Shown here: positions 24,661 through 37,789 of the stretch, piece after piece | Position numbering within the stretch: position 1 is the stretch's first letter | How the letters are laid out: every line of letters starts with the position of its first letter | NCBI RefSeq assembly: GCF_016433145.1 | Contig: NC_058135.1 | Location: forward strand, 277,475,511-277,539,510 | Origin: Gracilinanus agilis | Lineage: Eukaryota | Length of the DNA stretch: 64,000 nt | Direction of reading: 5' to 3' | Made by a program: the position numbers and the translations under genes | Notes under the pieces: generated by a model | What the model was told of the DNA's origin: nothing | The model's input: only the letters and a program-made list of their open reading frames with translations | Databases searched by the model: none

Positions 24661-25459
24661 AAAACTTGAGGGTAAGTATTCATCTGCAGAATCGTGTTTG
24701 TTTTTCTTTTTTTCTAATGAGCTACTTTCTCATTTGTCATACATGTCCACTTTAATAACTATGTAGCAACACCCATGAATGTACAAATTTAAGTAATTTT
24801 ATATCAGGATTAGCATGAGATGGAAAACAAAAATCATAATAGCCTCATGTTACTGATAAGGAGACTGAAATTCAAAGAAATACAGACATTTCTCAAGGAA
24901 AACATATCTGATACTTGGCAGATGCTCGTGCAGGACAGAAAGCAAGCCCAACTTCCTTCAAAATACATCCCTCAGCCAGCTGTTCCAGGAACAATCCATT
25001 GTGTTAGTAGTTTGTGAGGTGAGGAATATTTTAATAGAACTAGATGTCATTGTGTATCTTTGTTTTGAAATGGATTTATATGAACATACTAACTTACAAA
25101 TAACATTCCACCTCTCCTCTCCATGGAGTGCACTTTCTCCTCTTAGAATCCTTACCTCCCTTCCAGGCTCAGGCAAAATGTCTCTTTCTTCATGATTCCT
25201 TTATTGATCCTCTCAACTATGGAGCCCATCCCAATGCATCTAGGTAAAGCATGATATTCTGGAGTGTTCTCTCTCTACTTGCTCTAGGTTCTCCTGAGTG
25301 CAGTCTGCCCCTCAAACAAACTAGCACCTCACTCAAAATGAAAAAAAAACACTCATTTTATTTACATTGTATTTGCTTCGATTGTCCCCCCCTTTAGAAT
25401 ATAAGTTTGATAAGGGTTGTTTCATTTCTTTGTATCTCCGGAGGCTAGCACATTTTGTT

Positions 25460-25713
25460 GGTGTTGTTGTTCAGTCATTTTCTATTCTTTTTGACCTATT
25501 TGAAGTTCTCTTGGCAAAAATAGTAGGGGGCTTTGCCATTGTCTTCTCCAGCTCATTTTCCAGATGAAGAAACTGAGTTAAAAAAAAAAAAAGATTAAGT
25601 GACCTCCTCAAGGTCACACAGGTTATAAGTGTTTGAGGCCATATTTGAATGCATGAAGATGAACCTTCCTGATTCCAAGCCAGTGTTCTATTCCCTGAAC
25701 TGCCTAGCTGCCC
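25460..25713 (-). mobile_element. Mar1 SINE inserted in an L2 3' end
   Basis: TTGTTGTTCAGTC..TTTGCCATTGTCTTCTCCAGCTCATTTT..CCTAGCTGCCC. AGCACAT is repeated on both sides. The L2 tail continues ATAGTAGGCACTTAATAA. Confidence 0.8.
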
Positions 25714-26761
25714 AGCACATAGTAGGCACTTAATAATAGATATTGGTTGACTGACTGATAATAACAGTATCTAGTAAAGTGTCTATGATGTCAAAATCAT
25801 AGATAAATGTTGATTGATTGCTGAATTTATGATGTTCTAATGGTGGTTCCTCCCTCTCCCCACATAGACTATACTTCTACCATGCCTTAATTAGTGGCCT
25901 TTGTAAGTAACTATAACTGGGGTGGGAGAGAGTGACTACCAAAACAAAAAAGCCCATGACCTGATCACAAAGCTTTGGATCATGAGGCTTTCAATTTAAC
26001 TCTACAGGTCTTGAGAAGACTGGCATAAAGTCTATTATTAGACCCACATTTGAAACCTTTTTAGTGTGGTAGCAATAGGACATGTCAAAGTTTGTTCCCT
26101 GATGACTTAGTCTTCAAGAACCCCCAAATATGTCCTCTTTTACAATGAGATATCATAGTAGAAATTCTGGAATAATATCATCAGTAATATATATTTTGTA
26201 TTTATGGGTATATTTCCTTTTCATTAAAAAAATACTAAATTTATGGGGACTCTGAAGAACAGTTAGACTGATATACTTAAATTATTTCTTCTTTGACTGT
26301 TTTGTTGATGTCTTTTCATTCTCAGTATCTAGCACAGTGCATGGCAGAGAGTTGACATTCAATAAGTATTCAATAATTATAATAATATAATATAATAATA
26401 ATAAAATTCTGGGATAGAAAACTCTTAGTGATGAAGTTTATGATATGTACAGGGAAGAATAGTACCTCTGGTGTGATGTCTTGGTGAGCCCTTTTCAGGT
26501 CTGCTTTCTTCCTTTGGTGTCTACCTGCCACCCAGCTCTCATTTGTGGCTCCAAGTAGCTCAGTGGCCTCAGCCAGGTAAATTCTCTGCACAGGTGGGAT
26601 AAACCAGATTGAGGGTAACTGATGCCTCAAACTCATCAGTAAGTGAAGGGAGTTCCCATCCCAGGCATGTGAAGACTTGCTCTGGTTGAAGAGGCTAATG
26701 AGAGCAATTTGTTCCAATGGCCATGAAGGCAGATGAAGCAAGTGCTGTGTACTGCTTAGAA

Positions 26762-26960
26762 CAGTGATGGTGAACCTTTTAGAGAGGTAGGGAATGTCCT
26801 CAGGCATACTTGGAGAGGGGGAGGGGAGCAACCAGCCCCATATCCCTCTGGCTGTCTAAAAAATTCTGGTGAACACTTTGCTGAGGCAATGATATGTGTG
26901 TCCACAGAGAGGGCTTTGAGTGTCCTCTCTAGCATGTTTTCCCTAGGTTCACCATCATGG
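26762..26960 (+). mobile_element. Non-autonomous hAT MITE, hAT1-like
   Basis: Ends CAGTGATGGTGAACCT / AGGTTCACCATCATGG (consistent with CpG-decayed CAGTGATGGCGAACCT / AGGTTCGCCATCACGG). TSD GCTTAGAA / ACTTAAAA (6 of 8). Subterminal CCACAGAGAGGGCT motif. Confidence 0.8.
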
Positions 26961-26977
26961 ACTTAAAATTTAGATGA

Positions 26978-26978
26978 T

Positions 26979-27050
<72 letters not shown>
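26978..27050. repeat. (AAC)n microsatellite
   Basis: Direct reading. It produces the poly-Leu stretch in the spurious 26963..27265 ORF. Confidence 0.95.
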
Positions 27051-27051
<1 letters not shown>

Positions 27052-28489
27052 GAAAGTCATCCACTGTATCCTCAGATCCAGTTGTCTTGATTTTTGTCTT
27101 GCCACTGGACTTTGATGATTCTGGAAGAGAGGATGAAGCTGATTGCTTTGTGAAACTCTGCCTCACTTCAATCCTATTTGTGCATAAGTCAAATGACATC
27201 AGTGATGCCATTTTGGTCCTCTTTGAGTGCAAAGAACAACAGCCAACCAACTGGTGATGGTACAAAGGAGGCTAGGAAAACAAACTTCTGAATTGACTCA
27301 AAAAATTTTTATGGCTAAAATGTCTCATTAGCCAAGGCTTTCAGCTATTTGGCACTGTGATGGTTTAGGGGAAATAATACACTGAAATTCACAGTCTAGT
27401 TTCCAATGTTCTTTATACAATATCTGGGACTATTAATCAATCAATAATAAATTAAAAAGTGCTTCCTGTTTGCCAAGCATAGGGAATGCATAGATAGAAA
27501 TGAAAGTATAAATTTTAAAAGAATATGCCACCGGTGGCAAGTCATTTGACTTCACTTTGAAACTTCATGGCAGGGTGTTAGTGTGCTAGTTGGAAAAAAA
27601 TTATTTTTCTTTTGTTTTTGTCAATAATATAAAGGTGAAGAAATTGTTCTTTATTTTAGAATAAAGGGTAGCATTGGATTAAGGATTAATATTAAAGATT
27701 GAAAAGAAAATGTAAAAAAGAAAGAAAAGTTGAAATATTCTACAAAATAATTACAGAAAAAAGAAAAAGTAAACAAGATTCTGCAGCTGAATATGCTACA
27801 AATAAGAAAGCAATTAATTAAAATGGAGAGGAAGAAAAAAATGAAAAAAATTGTATTTTTCAATTAAATATTAATTGTTAATTTAAAAATACATACTTAG
27901 TTCACAAATGAAAGCAATGACCTTTATGCTTGTGTACTTCTAAATGTTTACCACTGCACAATCTCCAGACCTTTGGTGCTCAGGACTAAGCATCTAAGAA
28001 AAATGCCAGGCACAGGTATTTGGGAACTTTGTGTTCTGTATTTTTAGTTTGCTCTGTGTTCCTCAAAATCATTCCATATTCATAGAGACTACTTAACCTA
28101 ATACTCCTCTAATATCAACTTTGGGAACACCATCCAGGATTTTGTATTTAGTCCAGTCAACTGTGAGAAGCTTTTCTCCCTTGAATCAGATGCCCAAATA
28201 CAGAATACTAGAATTAATAGAATTGTAGAATGCAAGAGTTCACTTGGTCTTGAAGAGATCCACTTAGAGATAACGCTGGTATTAGAGAGAGTAAGGACTG
28301 AATTTGATCTTCTTTCAGATACTTACAAGGTATAGAATCTTGGGGAAATTACTACACTTTCCATGACCTCAATTTTATAAACTGTAAAATAGGGACAATC
28401 ATATCACTTCCTGAACTTATTGGTGACAATCAACTGAGATTGTATTTGAACAGGCTGCTGTAAATCCTAATGTTTGATATAAATATTAG

Positions 28490-28490
28490 C

Positions 28491-28551
<61 letters not shown>
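28490..28551. repeat. (TTA)n microsatellite at a MIR tail
   Basis: Direct reading. Confidence 0.95.
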
Positions 28552-28552
<1 letters not shown>

Positions 28553-28920
28553 GTCCAACCAATGGCCAAATAAGAATTTCCTCTACAATATGGCCAGTGA
28601 ATGATCAGCCAGTCTTTTGTTGGAGATTTCCAGGTAGAGGGAGCCATCAATGCCTATGGCAATCCATTCTGCTTTGGTGCAGCACTAATTGTTTATTTTT
28701 TTCTACCCTGACAATGAGCCTAAATTTGCTTCTTATATATTTCTCCTACTTCTTGGACCAAACAGAACACATCTCCTCCCGAGATCATTGGTAAACCAGT
28801 CAGATACTTTTACAAGAAGTAATCATGGCTTCTCTCCCCACATCCTCATCATTATAACTTTTACAGATTAAATCCTCAAAGTTCTTTCAATTGACATACT
28901 CTTCACATAACCTTATGACA
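28552..28920 (-). mobile_element. CR1/L3 LINE fragment
   Basis: TAGTCCAACC..TTCCTCTACAA..GGAGATTTCCAG..GGGAGCC..GGCAATCCATTC..CAGCACTAATTG resembles the reverse L3 3' region. Confidence 0.6.
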
Positions 28921-29902
28921 ACATCTAGTATAAACAAAATAATGTAAGAATGAGTTTCAGTTTAGTTTCTTAATTTTGTAATAATTTAATGAAATTATAA
29001 ATGTGAGTAAATACATACTTTACAAAAGTAATGTTATAAAAATAAAAAAAATGTTTCAGTTAAATTATCATCTTTTAAAATCATTTTAGTATATATTTTT
29101 TCATATTTCAACCATTGAGGGGCAAAAAAGAAAAAAAATAAATAAAACAATTATAACACATATGCATTTTCAAAAAAAAATTGATCATTAGCTATATCCC
29201 CCAAAAAAGAGACATATTCTCCATATCTTGCCAAATGAGTGAATTTTGACAAATCCAAAGTCCAAGATTGATCTTCAGTGTGTACAGCTTTATACAAAGA
29301 ATGCTCTAATATTATTCATCAATGTCCACATAGCCTTTGGGACCTTTTAGTAAGGTGCAAAGAGATCTGCTATGCGAAAATAAATAGAAAACAATCATCA
29401 TTGCCTAAAAATATTGAGTATATGTGTTTTAGATGTTATAAGCCCCTGAAAAGTAGTGACTTTTTTCTCATTGTTACTCCCATTGCTAAGTATATAAAAA
29501 TAATTGCGAATGATAGCATACATAATGGGAAGAGCACCAGATTTGCTATCAGTTAAATTGCATTTGAATTGTGAGTGTGTTTTATCTTTTAAAGCATCTG
29601 AGTGACATAATGGACAAAATGCTGTCTGATGTCAGAAAAAGTAGATTTCATAACGTTCATTTACCTTAGATTCCCAGCTGTAAAATGGGGATAAAAATAG
29701 CTGACTTCAAATGTCTATGAGGAGCAAATGAAAAAATTTTGAAAAAAAGACATAGCTTAATGCCTGGCACATGGTAGGAGCTTCATAAATTCTCATTTCT
29801 TTCCTCTTCCAGGGGAAGGTAGTTCCCTGAATCAATTTCATTATTTGTAAAAATGGGAGGGTTTGATTCATTTCCTCTATAAGACCTGTGATCCTATGAA
29901 AT

Positions 29903-30850
29903 TCATCCTTCCATTTTTGTGAATATTTTTCCCTGGAATACTTTCTTCATGGCCTCAATGACATCTTTATTTCTGAGACTGTAGATTAAGGGATTTAACA
30001 TGGGACTCACAAAGGTATAAAAGACAGCAATTGTTTTGGATTCTTCTACAGACTGCTCAGAAGGAGGTCTTAAGTACATGCAGAAAAGGGTCCCATAGAA
30101 GAGAATGACAGAGGTAAGATGGGACCCACAGGTAGAGAAGGCCTTTTGTCTGCCTTCAGCAGATTTGATTCTTAAAATGGCAGCAAAGATGAAAATGTAA
30201 GAACATAGAATGGTGAGGAGAGAGCTTAAGAGAGTAAAGCCAGCTACTATGAACATGGCCATTTTTTTAACATAGACATCAGAGCAAGCCAATAGTATGA
30301 GAGGAGGGTCAGCACAGTAGAAGTGATTAATTTCATTGGGTCCACAGAAGGACAAATGGAAAGTCAGCAGAGTCTGAGAAAGACCATTCAGGAAGCCATA
30401 GACATAGGGGACAATGACCAGGCAGAGGCAGACATTTTGGTTCATTTTGGTGCTGTAATGCAGGGGGCTGCTGATGGCCACGTAGCAATCAATAGCCATT
30501 GAAGCAAGGATGTAAAACTCTGTAATCACCAGGGCAATGAAGGAAAGACACTGGGTGAAACATCCTGCATAGGAGATGGCCTTTCTCTCTGAGAGGAAAT
30601 GGACTAGCATCTGAGGAGTGATGTTGGAGGAGTAACACAAATCCACAAAGGAGAGATGACTGAGGAAAAAGTACATAGGAGTGTGGAGTCGAGGACTGTT
30701 ATAGATCAACATGATCATACCCACATTCCCCACCAGGGTGATGATGTAGATCACCAAGAAGACTACAAAAAGGATTTTCTGAAGTTCTGGGTCCTCAGTT
30801 AGTCCCAGGAGGATAAATTCAGTCACCTTAGTATGGTTTAGATGAGGCAT
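29903..30850 (-). CDS. Olfactory receptor OR5M10/OR5M1-like, copy A; open ORF (315 aa from MPHLNHT) with DRY->DCY
   Basis: OR motifs plus [21 protein letters not shown] and VKKMAMF.VAGFTL, typical of OR5M10/M1. The ORF track starts at 30895, but those 15 extra codons overlap a probable splice acceptor (CTAAT..CTCTCAG/TTAATAG). Confidence 0.92.
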   Translation of the reverse strand: MPHLNHTKVTEFILLGLTEDPELQKILFVVFLVIYIITLVGNVGMIMLIYNSPRLHTPMYFFLSHLSFVDLCYSSNITPQMLVHFLSERKAISYAGCFTQCLSFIALVITEFYILASMAIDCYVAISSPLHYSTKMNQNVCLCLVIVPYVYGFLNGLSQTLLTFHLSFCGPNEINHFYCADPPLILLACSDVYVKKMAMFIVAGFTLLSSLLTILCSYIFIFAAILRIKSAEGRQKAFSTCGSHLTSVILFYGTLFCMYLRPPSEQSVEESKTIAVFYTFVSPMLNPLIYSLRNKDVIEAMKKVFQGKIFTKMEG

Positions 30851-31259
30851 TTTCTCATGTCCTATTAACTGAGAGATGTACAGATTAGCAGGCATTTGAG
30901 AGTGGTTTCATTAAATGAAAGCTAATTTTTGCATCATTTTGAGATGCTCTACCAAACATGAATATTCATACATAACTCTGTAGCATCTTTCTTTCTCTTT
31001 CTTGCATTTTTTCTTTCTTTCATCCCTCTCTCCTTGTTTCATTTTCTTCCTTCCCATCTTCCTATCTTCCTGTATTCTCTCTATCACCTCTTGCCTCCTT
31101 TTATTCCCTCTCTTTCTTTTGGTCTCTTTTGTTCTCTGTAGCCCTTTGCTTTTATCTCTTTGTCTGTCTTTTTGTTTATTAATTTCTTTATTTCTCACAT
31201 GCACACATACATACCCAAAACTTTTCACATATAGGGCATACTAAATTTTCTCTATCCGT

Positions 31260-31403
31260 NNNNNNNNNNNNNNNNNNNNNNNNNNNNNNNNNNNNNNNNN
31301 NNNNNNNNNNNNNNNNNNNNNNNNNNNNNNNNNNNNNNNNNNNNNNNNNNNNNNNNNNNNNNNNNNNNNNNNNNNNNNNNNNNNNNNNNNNNNNNNNNNN
31401 NNN
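31260..31403. other. Assembly gap (144 N)
   Basis: Run of N. Confidence 0.99.
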
Positions 31404-31475
31404 NTATCATATTATTCTGAATATCATTATTTGAATCAATTTTTATACCTACCTGAGTTCAGAAAATGTGATTTT

Positions 31476-31661
31476 TTAAAATTTTAAACCCTTAACTTCT
31501 GTGTATTGACTTATAGGTGGAAGATTGGTAAGGGTAGGCAATGGGGGTCAAGTGACTTGCCCAGGGTCACACAGCTGGGAAGTGGCTGAGGCTGGGTTTG
31601 AACCTAGGACCTCCTGTCTCTAGGCCTGGCTCTCAATCCACTGAGCTACCCAGCTGCCCCC
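31476..31661 (-). mobile_element. Young SINE1-type SINE
   Basis: Full reverse-complement SINE. TSD AGAAAATGTGATTTT at 31461-31475 and 31663-31677. Confidence 0.93.
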
Positions 31662-32355
31662 TAGAAAATGTGATTTTACAAGAGATGAATCTAAATGCAA
31701 AAGGAAAAGTAACCAGACTACTAAAAAACACAATGCACATGGTATAATCCTGCCTTACACATTTATTAGCTGTGTGACCCTGATTACTTTATTTGTTCCT
31801 ATTTCTTCTCAATTCCTCACTCATAAAATTGAGACAATAAGATCAATTTTCCTAAATGGTTGTCATGAGGATCAAAAGAATGATTATGTATGAAGTGTTT
31901 TGAAAAGATTAAAGTAATATACAAATACTAATTAGTATTATCACCATCTTCATTACTGGCACTGCAATATTTCACTAAAAACTCATGATCTTATTAAAGT
32001 AAAATAGTAATTGGGGGTATGTTTTCACTATCTTAGCCAGATTTGAGGGTACCAAGTCAGGTATTCAATATCCCTTTCTCCAAAGAAATGTTTTTTTTTA
32101 TTATTTTCATTAATAATTTCATGTAATTTATTAAATCATGGTGTTTGTTTCTTTGGCATCCCTATTAGAAGTACTAAATTCTCTTTGACCTTGAAGATCC
32201 TAAGAATATCATATTTAAAATACTTTGAAAAATATTGCAGTAGTAAGGTAGTCAGATCACAAAGGATATAATGTATTAGAGATGAATTTGGCAGTAGAAA
32301 TTATAATTCAGAGCTTTTAAACTGTTATTCTAAAAATCCTATTAACTCATATGTT

Positions 32356-32550
32356 TTTTTTAAACCCTTACCTTACATCTTGAAATACACAGTATTGGCT
32401 CCAAAGCAGAAGAGTGGTAATGGTAGGCAATGGGGGTCAAGTGACTTGCCCAGGGTCACACAGCTGGGAAGTGTCTGAGGCCATATTTGAACCTAGGACT
32501 TCCTGTCTCTGGGACTGGCTCTCAATCCACTGAGCTACCCAGCTGCCCCC
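32356..32550 (-). mobile_element. SINE1-type SINE
   Basis: Full reverse-complement SINE. TSD AACTCAT(A/G)TGTTTT on both sides. Confidence 0.92.
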
Positions 32551-32861
32551 AACTCATGTGTTTTTTTATCTATTCTATGTGATGGTTTATTTGTGTAAGC
32601 AGATAGGCCTACTTAGACATAATTTTTTTTATTAAAACTGGCTAGATCTCTTATGATTTTGTGTCTGAGCTAAAGTAGTATCCAGGCCTCAGATGAAGTG
32701 ACATGTAGATCTCAAGCTCATGATTGCCCAAACCTGATTTTGAATATAAATTTTATAACAAATTGTAGATATGAAAACAAGAGTCTATTTTCCAATTCTA
32801 ATAAATAATATTTTCAAGTTGATATAAAATGAAGATATTTAAAAGCAAAGTAAGAGACTTA

Positions 32862-33128
32862 NNNNNNNNNNNNNNNNNNNNNNNNNNNNNNNNNNNNNNN
32901 NNNNNNNNNNNNNNNNNNNNNNNNNNNNNNNNNNNNNNNNNNNNNNNNNNNNNNNNNNNNNNNNNNNNNNNNNNNNNNNNNNNNNNNNNNNNNNNNNNNN
33001 NNNNNNNNNNNNNNNNNNNNNNNNNNNNNNNNNNNNNNNNNNNNNNNNNNNNNNNNNNNNNNNNNNNNNNNNNNNNNNNNNNNNNNNNNNNNNNNNNNNN
33101 NNNNNNNNNNNNNNNNNNNNNNNNNNNN
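32862..33128. other. Assembly gap (267 N), followed by an (AAAAG)-rich repeat
   Basis: Run of N. The ORFs 32829..33359 and 32839..33144 are artefacts of it. Confidence 0.99.
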
Positions 33129-33658
33129 AAAAGAAAGAAAACAAGGGAAGAAAAGAAAAGAAAGAGAAAGAGAAAGAGAAAGAAATATTATCTACCTGTC
33201 AAAATGGTAACATCTTTCAACAGTACCATACTGTTTATTTCACAAGAGGATCCTGGCCTGGGCGATTATTTTTCTATGTACCTTCTTGCACTGGGTGAGA
33301 GATTAGACCAGATGACCTCCTATATACTTTTCCCTTCTAAGAGTGATCCAAAGTCATAAAACAGAGATGTTTGTATCACAATATATTTCTTGGATGTTTT
33401 CCCTGATGAATAACCTAAACAAATCCCTAATAAGCAATTAAAATCTTCATTCTTGAGGTATCACTAGAGAACCATATCAATTAGAGGAAGGTTTTTTTTT
33501 ATTCTATTTTTTTACTGATTCTGCTCAGTGCCTGTGCTCCTGTGTGATATGGTCCTCCCTTCCTTTGCTTCATAGGTATATTCTTGAAGGCATGTATGTT
33601 CATTAGCCCATCTTTAACTATTGGAATGTTGTTTGGTCATCAAAAATCCTACCTTGCT

Positions 33659-33845
33659 GGGGGCAGCTGGGTAGCTCAGTGGATTGAGAGCCAGACCTAG
33701 AGACGGGAGGTCCTAGGTTCAAATCCAGCCTCAGACACTTCCTAGCTGTGTGACCCTGGGCAAGTCACTTGACCCCCATTGCCTACCCTTACCACTCATC
33801 CACCTATAAGTCAATACACAGAAGTTAAGGGTTTAAAAAACAAAA
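33659..33845 (+). mobile_element. Young SINE1-type SINE
   Basis: GGGGGCAGCTGGGTAGCTCAGTGGATTGAGAGCC..GAAGTTAAGGGTTTAAAAAA. TSD AAAAATCCTACCTTGC at 33642-33657 and 33846-33861. Confidence 0.94.
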
Positions 33846-35379
33846 AAAAATCCTACCTTGCATCCTTTTACAAAGAATCTTTTGGTGATCCAAAGCTAAT
33901 AGGTGACCTGGTGGATAGAGTGTTGTTCTTGGAGTCAAAAGAACTTGAATTCAAGTTCCACTTCAGACAATTCCTAAAGGTTTGACTCAAAGTGAGTCAC
34001 TTGACCTCTCTGAGCCTCAGTTTCTTCATCTATGAAATAAGGGCACCTACCAGACATTGTTGTTGAGAAGATCAATTGAGAATGCCTGTTGTGGTATTTT
34101 TGTAAGTTCTATGTGAATGTTATTCATTGATATGAAGTACATAAATAGGCTGTTTAGGGTTATTAATTTAAAATTTTGTAATTCAAGTTTTCTTGCAATG
34201 AGGTACACCCATATAGCTGACTGTGGGATGATAGGAAGGAGTGCATTCACTCTTTCAGGTTATGAAGGAACAATGCTTTTTTAAGCTTATCTATTGCTGT
34301 TTCATAAATTGTTTTATCTCTGAGAAGATCAAAAAAAGACCTGGTCTTTGGTTTGGACTCTGAGTCTCTTAAGGCTCAGAGTCCTAACGTGGTTCTTGTT
34401 GAGGCTCAGCCAGGTGACCTTTTTTTATTTTTATAACTTGGAGGCAAAGTTAAGAATTATATACTTCAAATAAAGATAATAGTGTTAGGTTATTGAAGAA
34501 TTGGGAAAATTTGGGTTAGTCAGATCAGGAAGGATCAGTGTAGCCTGTGGAAACAAGAGAAGCAGTTCCTTGTGTTTTATTTGAGTGGAGTTAGAATTCC
34601 TTAGAGTTAGAAATCCTTTTATATCCTTATATTCTCAATAAATAATTTAATTTATTTTTTATATAAGAAGATTCTCCTTAGCATCCTTGTGCCTGGCCCT
34701 GAAGAAGAGCTTCATTTCACTTATATAAACTGAAGATACTTTGTAAGCACAAGGAGCAGAGTATCTAATCAGTTTATATCCATAAACAATTCATTCACCC
34801 ATTATTTTTTCAAACATAAACTGGTTAATTTTAGAACCAAAACTAAAAGATAGACTATCAGGGATGACTATGCAGTTAGAGATCAAGGAGAGGAAAATGA
34901 CAAAATAAAGAAATGGCTTAAGGGATTTGGAATTAGTAGATACGGTTTTGAAGCCTACCATGACATTTACTGCTTGTGTTACCTGAGGTAAAACAGTTTC
35001 CCTTTCTTTTCTTCCACTTTAATAAGGAAATCAAAAGTATGGTACCAAGAAGAAGCTTGGAACAACCACTCAAAATATTACAGATTAGGTTATTACTCAT
35101 AAACATGCAAGTATGTGGCTCCTCAGCCTTTCCATCCCACAGACAAGCATCAGTAGGATGGACTGAGAGTCCCGGTCTCTAGGTCTCTATACTTATATCT
35201 TTCTGTTGTTACTCAACACATTCACAGGAAGCAAGTAGAAGTATTTGGGGGCAATCTAACCACATATGCTCCCTTTGCCTACATAGATACTTCTCAAACA
35301 CAAGATCATTATAATTAAGAAAGCTTGTTAATCTTGCATGCCTTTACATTTGCTAACCTGACCTTTGTTTCCATTTGGT

Positions 35380-35791
35380 TCAGGTATGCCTTTTTAATAA
35401 TTATAATTAAATTATGAGACTTCTAGTAGCTATAACAACTTTATTACACCAAAGTAGTGATAGTAAAGAGAGAGAAAGGTAGGAAAGAGGTAGAGAGTTG
35501 GTTATTTTACTACTCTATTGGATGCCATGATGGAGTGAAGATCTCCACCAACAAAGGTTCCTTCAGGTTCCAAGCTTCAGCCAGAAGACAGTCAATTCCT
35601 ACTGGGTCTAACCTTATAAGCAGTTTTATCCACCCACTAGCTCTCCCACACCACATCTCAGGAAACAACCACGGTTTCTCAATTTTCCTGGCACCAACTA
35701 GGACTAGGGGAGTGGTAGCTATGGGATCAGCTTCCATATCATTGGTTTCAAGCTCCTTTCTCTAAGGGTTTGTTTATACCTGCACATCTCA
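35380..35791 (-). mobile_element. LTR-like remnant
   Basis: Has a minus-strand AATAAA in a TAGTAGC..TTTATTA context that is also seen at about 44370 and 57550. No TSD could be confirmed. Confidence 0.35.
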
Positions 35792-36214
35792 GTGGTAAAT
35801 GACCTTCAGGTCACTGAAAAGTAATGTAAAACAAAGGGACATTAATAGAGAGAGAAATTCTGTTCCAACACCTTGCATACATGAAGTTTGCCAAAATAAT
35901 GGAAATCAAGAAAGGTTTAGAAATCTTGCTTAACTGAAGAGGTCTAGACCATAAATAAGTACATACAAATTTTTGGTACATAAGCTGAAACAATGGTCCA
36001 CCATGAAGTCACTTCAATCACCTTGAGCCTAACAATAACACCAGTTTTTCTAGTATTCGCATTTTTATAATATATAGAATGAAGGTTTGAACTAGATAAT
36101 CTCTGAGGTCCCTTCCAACTCTAAATTCCCCTAATGCTATGTTGGATTTATTTGTATAAGTGTGATACTTAATCATTTTGAGACTTTAAAAAAATAATTC
36201 AAGGTGGAAACTCC

Positions 36215-36650
36215 TTCTCCAATGCATACTGTAAATCTGTCCATTACTTAGCAGTCTGTACTTGTGAATATATGTATGTGTGTGTACAGCTTAATAAATC
36301 TTCAGTTTGGTTGGCAGCCCAATATCTCTTATCTCCTTCACTGTCCTTTGGAGTCTCTTCCAAACTGTGCTAGCTATGACAATGCATGCATCCAACTCAT
36401 CATCATCCCTGGAAATTATACTGCCAAAGTAAGTGAACTTATATATTGTCCATTTCTTGTAACCAAAAATTCCATATATGGACGATGTGGTCTTGGGTGG
36501 TGGAGAAGCTTTGAAAATGAGATGACCAAGATAAGGTACTGGACACTGAGATCCTTCCTCCAGCTGAACTGCCAAGCAGACAAACTCTACTACAAGGAGC
36601 CAACATCTAATGAGTCTTCAAATATGAAGGCCAATAACTAACCATTAAGA
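36215..36650 (-). mobile_element. RTE-clade LINE fragment (RT region)
   Basis: Translates YKFTYFGSIISRD..IVIASTVWKRLQ..IGLPTKLKIY, similar to RTE DKFTYLGS..RI.KAS..FGRL..I.L.TKLKVY. Confidence 0.85.
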
Positions 36651-36659
36651 ATATGGAGA

Positions 36660-37525
36660 TTTATAGTTTAAATGTAAACTGTATAATATAACAAAAAAGG
36701 AATCTGATAAATGTTGGAGAGAATGTGGGAAAACTGAGACACAAATGCACTGATATACTATGAACTGATGCAACTATTCTGGAGAACAATTTGCAACCAT
36801 GCCCAAGGGACCATCAAACTGTGCAGACTCTTTGAACCCAGAAATACCACTAATAGGTCTATATCTCAAAAAAATCATAGATGAGGTATGAGGACATATG
36901 TATTAAAAAATACTCATGGCAGTTCTCTTTGTGATGGGGAAGGATTTGAAATTGCAGGGATGTCCATCAGTTGAGGAATTATTGAACAAGTTGGTATATG
37001 ACTGTAATGGAATAATATTGTGCCATAAGAAATGATGAACAGGGTGAGTTCAGAAAAACCTGGAAAGACTTATATGAAGTGATGCAAAGTGCAGTGAGCA
37101 GAATCAGAACATTGGACATAGTAACAGTAATAATGTAAAATGATCAGCTGTGAATGACTTAACTATTATCAAAAATTTAAGCATTTAAGACAATTCCAAG
37201 AGACTAATGGCAGCAGAGAAGAATATCCACCACCAAAGAAAGAACTAATGGAGTCGGAATAAAGATTGAAGCACACCATTTTTCACTTTATCCCCTTCAT
37301 GAGATTTTTTTTCTTGAATAAGCAAAATGGGCCTTCTTTCACAACATGACACTCATGGAAATATGTATTGCATGATTGCCCATGTGCAACCTATATCAAA
37401 TTAACTGCCTCTTGGGGAGGGAAGGAGGAAAGTAGGGAGGGAGAGAATATGGATCACAAAATTTCAGAAAATTACTCTTGAAAATTGTATCTACATATAA
37501 CTGGGAAAAATATAATAAAAAATTA
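36660..37525 (+). mobile_element. Older marsupial L1 3' end (ORF2 C-terminus and 3'UTR)
   Basis: AATGTTGGAGAGAATGTGGGAAAACTGAGACAC..CTGGAGAACAATTTG..GGAATAATATTGTGCCATAAGAAATGATG..GGGGAGGGAAGGAGG..A-rich end. Confidence 0.85.
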
Positions 37526-37789
37526 AGTGTAAAGCATTTAAAATATATTACCTTATTTGATTCTCACCATAGTCCTTTGAGGTAGTTGATTTTTAGCAGT
37601 GTTCTAGAGCCAAGTCCAATTGAGAATTCATTAAAGCCAATCATTAAATTTTTAATGTGAGAATTTATACTTTAGATATTATCAAATGTTACAATTAAGG
37701 ACTTTGTTTATTGTATTTTTAATTGTCTAGAATTAAGAAAGTAATGGAAAAAATGGTAATAAGATTTTAACCTTAAAAGTGTGTCATGA

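Larger units (their letters stand above)
26430..27255 (+). mobile_element. RTE-associated non-autonomous element (WALLSI/RTESINE-type), interrupted by a hAT MITE and (AAC)n
   Basis: GGTGTCTACCTGCCACCCAGCTCTC..GCATGTGAAGACTT..TTTGTTCCAATGGCCATGAAGG..GTCATCCACTG..CTTGCCACTGGACTT..CTCTGCCTCACTT..GGTCCTCTTTGAG..CAAC tail. Matches the recalled marsupial RTE-SINE consensus; exact family name uncertain. Confidence 0.6.

Noticed and set aside
26219-26233. TCATTAAAAAAAT, 11 of 13 match to the H-element 13-mer
   Set aside because: It sits in an AT-rich L2-tail context with no O/E site or donor nearby.
26370-27265. 153-aa and 100-aa (poly-Leu) ORFs
   Set aside because: Antisense readings of an RTE-SINE, a MITE and (AAC)n.
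30851-30895. 15-aa N-terminal extension ([15 protein letters not shown]) of OR5M10-like copy A
   Set aside because: It overlaps a branch point and acceptor-like sequence. The equivalent codon in copy B is TTG, not ATG. The second Met gives the normal spacing to the glycosylation site. Probably intronic.
34200-34290. Possible promoter-block homologue for OR5M10-like copy A (ATAGGAA..GAAGGAACAATGCTT)
   Set aside because: The spacing is inconsistent with the other copies, there is no HD or O/E site, and the match is too short to support.
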